Source: an uncultured Chloroflexia bacterium (GTDB lineage: Bacteria; Chloroflexota; Chloroflexia; QHBQ01; JADMIH01). Taken from it: DNA of 64,000 nt. The position numbers were made by a program, and so were the translations under genes. A model generated the notes under the pieces. The model did not search any database and was not told the origin of the DNA. It was given only the letters and a program-made list of their open reading frames with translations. The number at the start of each line of letters is the position of its first letter. Position 1 is the stretch's first letter. Where the stretch lies: positions 672,001-736,000 of the forward strand of contig CAWCNY010000003.1 in the NCBI GenBank assembly GCA_963797095.1. The letters are read 5' to 3'. This document shows, in pieces, positions 58,729 to 64,000 of this stretch.

Positions 58729-60094
58729 ATGCTGGAAAGGAACAATCCTTCCGTTGTCGAGGCAGCAGCTTTGCGCCTTGCCCTTATAACCTCAGCCCTC
58801 GTGATCTCTATAACTGTAGCTGTCAACCTCAGCACACCGGTCTCCGCCCTCCCCTCTGTCAACTCCACAACCCCAGGCGACCCTCCTTCGCCCACCTGCG
58901 GTCCGGCCTAGCGCCTTGTATCGAGTCCCAGCCCACCCGCCTTCCCCGGTTTCTATGGCTACTCACTCTCCGGGGTTGATGCGATATCTGCAAGTGATGT
59001 CTGGGCTGTCGGCTCCCATTATTACGGCGATTTGATTAGCGGAACCTACTCAGCACCACTGGCCGAGCATTGGGATGGAAATCAGTGGAGCGTGGTGCCA
59101 CCCGCCTATACGGGCGATGGTGAAAGTGGCCTCTACGCAGTGGCCGCTATTTCGAGCAGTGATATCTGGGCTGTAGGTAATTACACCGGCCACTCTGTGT
59201 ACCAGACCCTCATAGAGCACTGAGATGGCACCTCCTGGGCCATCATCCCAAGCCCAAACGCAGGGACAGACAGCAGCAAGCTAACCGGCCTGGCTGTGGT
59301 CTCCGGCAACGATATCTGGGCCGCAGGCTCTCCCATCGAACACTGGGAGGCAGCACATGGAGCATCGTGCCAGGCCCCTACGGCCTCGCAGCTGTTGCAG
59401 CAACAGCACCCAACGATGGTTGGGGCATGGATCGGGCTCGGGTACATTGGTGGATATCCAGCACCACTCAGACCTTCAGCTCAGTGATGTTCCGCCTGGC
59501 AGCACATCCTACACCTACATCCGCTGCCTGGTATGCGCGGGCATCATCAGCGGTTACACCGACGGCACTTTTCAGCCTGCCAACAACGTCACCAGGGGCC
59601 AGCTTTCCAAAATCGTATCCAATGCCGCCGGCTTTACCGGCGACCCGGGCCAGCTCTTCGAGGACGTGCCTGTTGGCTCTACCTTCCAGGTCTACGTCAG
59701 CCGCCTCGCTTCTCGGGGCTATATCAACGGATGTCCCTGCGGCGGCGACGGCGAGTCCTGCCAGCCACCTCGTAATCTCCCCTACTTCCGCTCCAACAAC
59801 CCTGCCTCCAGGGGACAGATCACTAATATTGTCTCTAATGCAGCAAACTTGGACGACACACCAACGGGCCAGCAATTCCAGGATATCCCCTCGGGCAGCA
59901 CATACTACACGTACACCTACCGGCTGGTTGCCCGCTCTGTAATGTCAGGATACCCATGTGGACGACCCAACGAGCCATGTTCCCCGCCCGGCAACCTCCC
60001 CTACTTCCGCCCCAACGACCCCGCCGCCAGAGGCCAGACCTCAAGAATCATCTCTAATACCTTCTTCCCATCTTGCAGCACAGCCTTCAAATAA
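58729..60094 (+). pseudogene. Degraded surface protein (HWDG propeller-like repeats plus SLH domains)
   Basis: TAG at 58909 and TGA at 59221 at expected Trp positions, then a frame change before SDVPPGS..ISGYTDGTFQP.NNVTRGQ. Confidence 0.8.
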
Positions 60095-60104
60095 GGTAAG
60101 CCTG

Positions 60105-60160
60105 GCAAAAGGGGTGCAGGCGGAACTGCCTGCCGGGCGGGTGCCCCTGGGCGGCGTGGG
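60105..60160. repeat. REP-like element
   Basis: Near-identical to 25698-25727. Confidence 0.7.
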
Positions 60161-60171
60161 TATCCTCCTAC

Positions 60172-60270
60172 CTCTTCCGGGTCAACCAACAGCACGCGCC
60201 CGCCTCGCTCGGCGAGCGCATAGCCAGGATTGAGTGTGGTGGTAGTTTTCCCGGCGTTCCCGGCCCTCAT
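60172..60270 (-). pseudogene. ParA/Soj-like N-terminal remnant
   Basis: GNAGKTTTTLNPGYALAERGGRVLLVDP. Confidence 0.55.
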
Positions 60271-60331
60271 GGGCTATGCTGATGATCAACTTACTCCTGC
60301 CATTCCAATAAAGAGTGGTGGGAATGGTAGT

Positions 60332-60802
60332 TTAGCAAGCTCGATCTTGATCCCGCACCTTCCCCACCTGGGCAAGATCGTCTTTTTCAAGGAACGAATA
60401 CACAAGCCCAGCGGTAATCGCGCCCGCTGCCAGTGTGGAGAACCACATACAGACTTGTGCGAACGTGCCCCACCCATTCCAGGTTCCGCCGAGGCCGAAC
60501 AAAAACAACATCAAGGCAGCCAGCCCATTGCTGACGATCCCCACTATGACTACCGTCCGAATATTATCGCCCCGTTTGTGCCCTTGATACCCGAGCCAGT
60601 AACCGACGAAGAGGGCGCTGTAGGCACCGGCCAGTAGTATTACAAAGAGCATAGGCTCGGGCTTAGGTATGTCAAACCATCCAAACGACCACTCGGATGA
60701 TAATAGGGCCAGCACCCAAATAGCGGTCATGATCATCTTGAAGATCAGGACGCTGGTTAGTATGTTAGCATGCTTCTTTTCAATGCGGTCAGAAGGTTCC
60801 AT
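60332..60802 (-). CDS. Four-TM membrane protein
   Basis: Hydrophobic helices; GAGGGG RBS. Confidence 0.7.
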   Translation of the reverse strand: MEPSDRIEKKHANILTSVLIFKMIMTAIWVLALLSSEWSFGWFDIPKPEPMLFVILLAGAYSALFVGYWLGYQGHKRGDNIRTVVIVGIVSNGLAALMLFLFGLGGTWNGWGTFAQVCMWFSTLAAGAITAGLVYSFLEKDDLAQVGKVRDQDRAC

Positions 60803-60822
60803 AGACCCCTCATAGCGCTGCC

Positions 60823-61350
60823 CTATAGAGAGGAGAATGTGCCATTAGCCAATGTGCCGGTAGTTAGCGTCGTATGGGGCCCTCGCACACTACGGATCTC
60901 GTCCCAACATGCCGTTATAGTGCGCCCCACTTCTATCAGCGGCTCCATACACGCCTCGATAGCTTGCTTAAGGTTCTCTACCCAGCTCGTCCACCCGCCG
61001 CCTTGCTCTTTGCCCAGGCGAGCGATATGCGCCAGCTCCCAGTCCGAGGCAACCACGGCCATAAACTGCTTCACCAGCGCATTGTAGCGCTGCTGGCAGG
61101 TAGAGATCGCCCGCCGCGCCCGATCCGGGTCGGTCAACCGCTCTACTGCTTTCTGGTATTCGACTGCCGCTTCAAAAGCCTCCTCCGATAGGCCGAGCGC
61201 CTCTTCCACGGCTTCATCGTAGCGGACTGCCAGCCTGACCACGTATCCTCCCGGTCTCGGCCTGTCCTCTATTGCCGTAACGCGCAACCTGAGCATTGCA
61301 TCGGCCAATCTGCCCAGTCGTACTGTTAGTTCGCGGATTGCGATCTCCAT
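60823..61350 (-). CDS. Hypothetical helical protein
   Basis: 175-aa ORF; AGGAG upstream; divergent from the LuxR gene. Confidence 0.65.
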   Translation of the reverse strand: MEIAIRELTVRLGRLADAMLRLRVTAIEDRPRPGGYVVRLAVRYDEAVEEALGLSEEAFEAAVEYQKAVERLTDPDRARRAISTCQQRYNALVKQFMAVVASDWELAHIARLGKEQGGGWTSWVENLKQAIEACMEPLIEVGRTITACWDEIRSVRGPHTTLTTGTLANGTFSSL

Positions 61351-61630
61351 CGCTTCACCATCTCCTTACCTTGCTCTTAGTTCAAGCGGTTGCTTGTCAC
61401 CACCAGTTTGCGCCATGATTTCGCATTCGGCAAGTCCTACTTTTGCGTGTCACTCATCTATGCGATTAGTATTCTATGCACGCAACTTTAATCTTTTTGT
61501 CTGATGTGGAGCCGTCACTTCACGTCTAAAATAAGCTCACAACATAAACGCGGCCCCATAGATCGTAACCCACGCTATCGCCGCAGAGGCCCTTCAAACC
61601 AACAGAGTTAACACGCGAAAGAGGTGACCC

Positions 61631-62110
61631 ATGAACGCAATTCTACAGTTCCAACCACGTGAGCTTCCGGCCATCAACGACACAGCCCAGTTGGAGGGAG
61701 TTCTGGAGCAGATAACGGAATGTGTGCGGCGGGGAGGCAGACCCAGATATGTGGACACCTGGCCTAACAGCGCATCGAAATCGAGCGTTCCATTCGGTGG
61801 CAGCGATCAAGTTGAGGAGCTTGTGCAGATCGAGATGGGCGGGCGCGTCTACTCTCTGATGTGCTGGTTCAGGCAGCCGGTCGAGGAGCAATACTATCTC
61901 AGCCCCCGCGAGCGCGAGGTGGTGCGCCTGGTGGCCAAAGGGCTTCCCAACAAGACGATTGCTTGCGCCCTCAAGATAAGCGCCTGGACCGTAGCCACCT
62001 ACATGCGGCGCATCTTCACCAAACTGGAAGTCAACTCGCGGGCCGAGATGGTGGCGAAAGCCCTCAAGCAGGGTCTACTGGCAGAAAGCGATCTCCATGT
62101 CGTGCGATGA
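61631..62110 (+). CDS. LuxR-family HTH regulator
   Basis: LSPREREVVRLVAKGLPNKTIA..ISAWTVATYMRRIFTKLEVNSR. Confidence 0.88.
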   Translation: MNAILQFQPRELPAINDTAQLEGVLEQITECVRRGGRPRYVDTWPNSASKSSVPFGGSDQVEELVQIEMGGRVYSLMCWFRQPVEEQYYLSPREREVVRLVAKGLPNKTIACALKISAWTVATYMRRIFTKLEVNSRAEMVAKALKQGLLAESDLHVVR

Positions 62111-62118
62111 CTATCGAG

Positions 62119-63858
62119 CTATTTTGTAGAATTGATCCATTGTGTGAGGCTCAAACCGTATTCGGAATGGTTGAAGCCGGTGCCGCCTTTCTCTTGCAAC
62201 TCCGGTCTCCACACAGAGGGTAGCACGGCAGGGTCCATAGGGCTGGATGGGAAAAACGGGTTTAGCGTAAGAGAGTTTCCGGTCGTGAAGTGCCATGTTT
62301 GGTCAAAAGCTATTCCCTCTACATTGCCTCTCGCGTGAACGGTGTATGTACTGTCAGGTTGCAAGGGGTTGACGGCGATCAGCGCATAGCAGTTGAAAGT
62401 AATGCAATCAGCGGGGTTGGGGTGAATGGGCACGAGATCTCCGGTCGATGTGCGCAAGTCGGCCTCATCAACATGGAGCGCCCCACCCTCTCCTTCCAGG
62501 GTGACCGGGAAACCCACCGGGCGGGGTGCTCCAGGAGGCAACGGATCTGGAGACTCGCCGCCGTCCCACTGAGGAGGCACACCTGTCTCGTTGTCGACAG
62601 GATAGCCCAGCATATAGGGTGTGGGGGTAGCTGAAGCAGCGGGCGCTGCGCCGAAATCCATTACATCAACCGCCTGCCGGTATTCTCCCTCCTGCTGCGA
62701 CCCCCAGCCGTATCCCGTATAGCGGGCGTTGATGTCGAGCATGATAACCCTGTGGTAAATGGTGGACATCCAACCATCAACGCTACTTACAGGTTCTCCG
62801 AGGAAATGCATTACCTCAGCGCCACCCCACCATGGATAGCCCGCTGCCACTATACGATCCGAGGGCCATTGGCCGGTGTATGCTGGTTTGCCTTCGACCT
62901 CGCCATGAGGGCCGTAGATCATTGCCGAAGCGTCGTTATGATTGAGCAGATAGTAATTGGCGTGGCTCTGGGTTGCCGTCTGTATGGCGGGATATATGTC
63001 GAGCAACGGCAAGCCAGCTATGTTCCTGTAAATATTCAGCCAGTTGAGCGCTCTATCGGGGGCGGGCAAGGCATTGTATGCGATCTTTGCAAGCTGACCG
63101 CGTAATGCATTGCCGTTAGTGCGGAAATAGTGCCTGCTTGCCGTGTCGCACGGCTCGCCTGGCCCGCCACATTCATAGCCGCTGATAATATCTTTGCTCG
63201 CTGCGGTTTCAACGTACTGGTAGAAGGTAGAACCGAAGGCAACATCAGCAAAGGTCGGGTCAGATGGGTTGGCCAGGGTCCAACCGGCAGCTATTGAGAT
63301 TACCTTGCATAGCTGCCCCCTGGTGATATTGTTGTTGGGGCGGAAATATGGCCGCCTCGACGAATCGCAAGGCTCATGTAGGCCGCCGCAAGCGTAGCCG
63401 CTGACGATCCCGGCGTGGTTGGCGGCCTCGATCACTGCGAAGTATGTGGAACCGTTGGGCACGTCCGTAAACGTATGATCGTTCCCGGCGGGAGTATAGG
63501 GGGCGATATTGAAAGCGTTCACCACGATCTTCACAACCTGGGCGCGGGTGGTATTGTTTGATGGGCGGAAAGTATCGTCGGAGTAACCCGATATTATCGA
63601 CTGCGAAGCAAGATAGCTGACGGGGACGTAAAAGTAATCCGACGGCCGGACATCGCTGAACCAGACGAATCCGCTCGTTGACCTTCCTGCCGTGCTTGTT
63701 GTTGTTTCAGGCAACTTGCTTGCACGGGCCTCGTGGTTCCTTTGGCTACCCAGCAGTTGGACGAGTACCAGCGCGACCAGCAAAAGCAGTCCGGATAGTA
63801 TAAGATGAAATACTCTGCTGTGAGTTATCCTACCGGACCTAGCGAAAGTACTGCTCAT
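62119..63858 (-). CDS. S-layer homology domain protein with CAP/SCP domain and Ig-like C-terminus
   Basis: Three SLH repeats (FSDV..ISGYSDDTFRP..TRAQ); LNIYRNIAGL, SHANY, WMSTIYHR. Confidence 0.88.
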   Translation of the reverse strand: MSSTFARSGRITHSRVFHLILSGLLLLVALVLVQLLGSQRNHEARASKLPETTTSTAGRSTSGFVWFSDVRPSDYFYVPVSYLASQSIISGYSDDTFRPSNNTTRAQVVKIVVNAFNIAPYTPAGNDHTFTDVPNGSTYFAVIEAANHAGIVSGYACGGLHEPCDSSRRPYFRPNNNITRGQLCKVISIAAGWTLANPSDPTFADVAFGSTFYQYVETAASKDIISGYECGGPGEPCDTASRHYFRTNGNALRGQLAKIAYNALPAPDRALNWLNIYRNIAGLPLLDIYPAIQTATQSHANYYLLNHNDASAMIYGPHGEVEGKPAYTGQWPSDRIVAAGYPWWGGAEVMHFLGEPVSSVDGWMSTIYHRVIMLDINARYTGYGWGSQQEGEYRQAVDVMDFGAAPAASATPTPYMLGYPVDNETGVPPQWDGGESPDPLPPGAPRPVGFPVTLEGEGGALHVDEADLRTSTGDLVPIHPNPADCITFNCYALIAVNPLQPDSTYTVHARGNVEGIAFDQTWHFTTGNSLTLNPFFPSSPMDPAVLPSVWRPELQEKGGTGFNHSEYGLSLTQWINSTK

Positions 63859-64000
63859 GGACTTTCCTTCTCGTGTGAAGCGTATGAAAAAACCGCTTAA
63901 TGTGTAGACGCTAGTTCCATAAGCGAGGGCGTTTTGTTATGAAGCGTAACAGGCACAGTATAGAACGAAAGACGAAGGCCAGCTACCTTCGTCTTTCGTA

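Noticed and set aside
58909-59223. Stop-codon recoding at TAG and TGA
   Set aside because: Both stop types and a frameshift occur in one gene, and other genes use these stops normally; decay is the simpler explanation

Overview
A 64-kb, mostly GC-rich bacterial chromosomal segment, most likely from a Chloroflexota (Chloroflexia-like) genome. This is inferred from the SLH-domain proteins, XRE-ATPase-TPR regulators, GAAC-N4-GTTC SOS boxes and REP-like repeats. The left half holds a Zn/Mn ABC importer with a Fur-family regulator, the glyoxylate genes aceB-aceA (aceK lies 9 kb away), a MarR gene with a heterodimeric ABC exporter, an ECF sigma factor, an SOS-box-controlled AAA ATPase, a RelE/ParE toxin-antitoxin pair, general-stress-like genes and an NtrC-type activator-rpoN operon. 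Six sigma54 (-24/-12) promoter candidates are visible. The best candidate for an undescribed system is at about 39.9-56 kb. It looks like a lanthipeptide-type RiPP locus with a stand-alone phosphotransferase (frameshifted here), a HopA1-like lyase fused to a LanC cyclase with intact zinc ligands, two paralogous ~155-aa precursors (long conserved leader, short Ser/Thr/Cys tail such as GGGTLVCT x2) and two C39/papain-like peptidases. It is flanked by two STAND-type regulators, shares a repeated operator-promoter motif and is split by an ISKra4-like element. A second notable signal is a pair of ~215-nt covarying structured elements (14401-14611 and 29847-30064) that end like IS200/IS605 (TnpB) right ends but carry no ORF. 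No rRNA, tRNA or CRISPR array was recognised. All family assignments come from motifs read by eye, and novelty has not been checked against any database.
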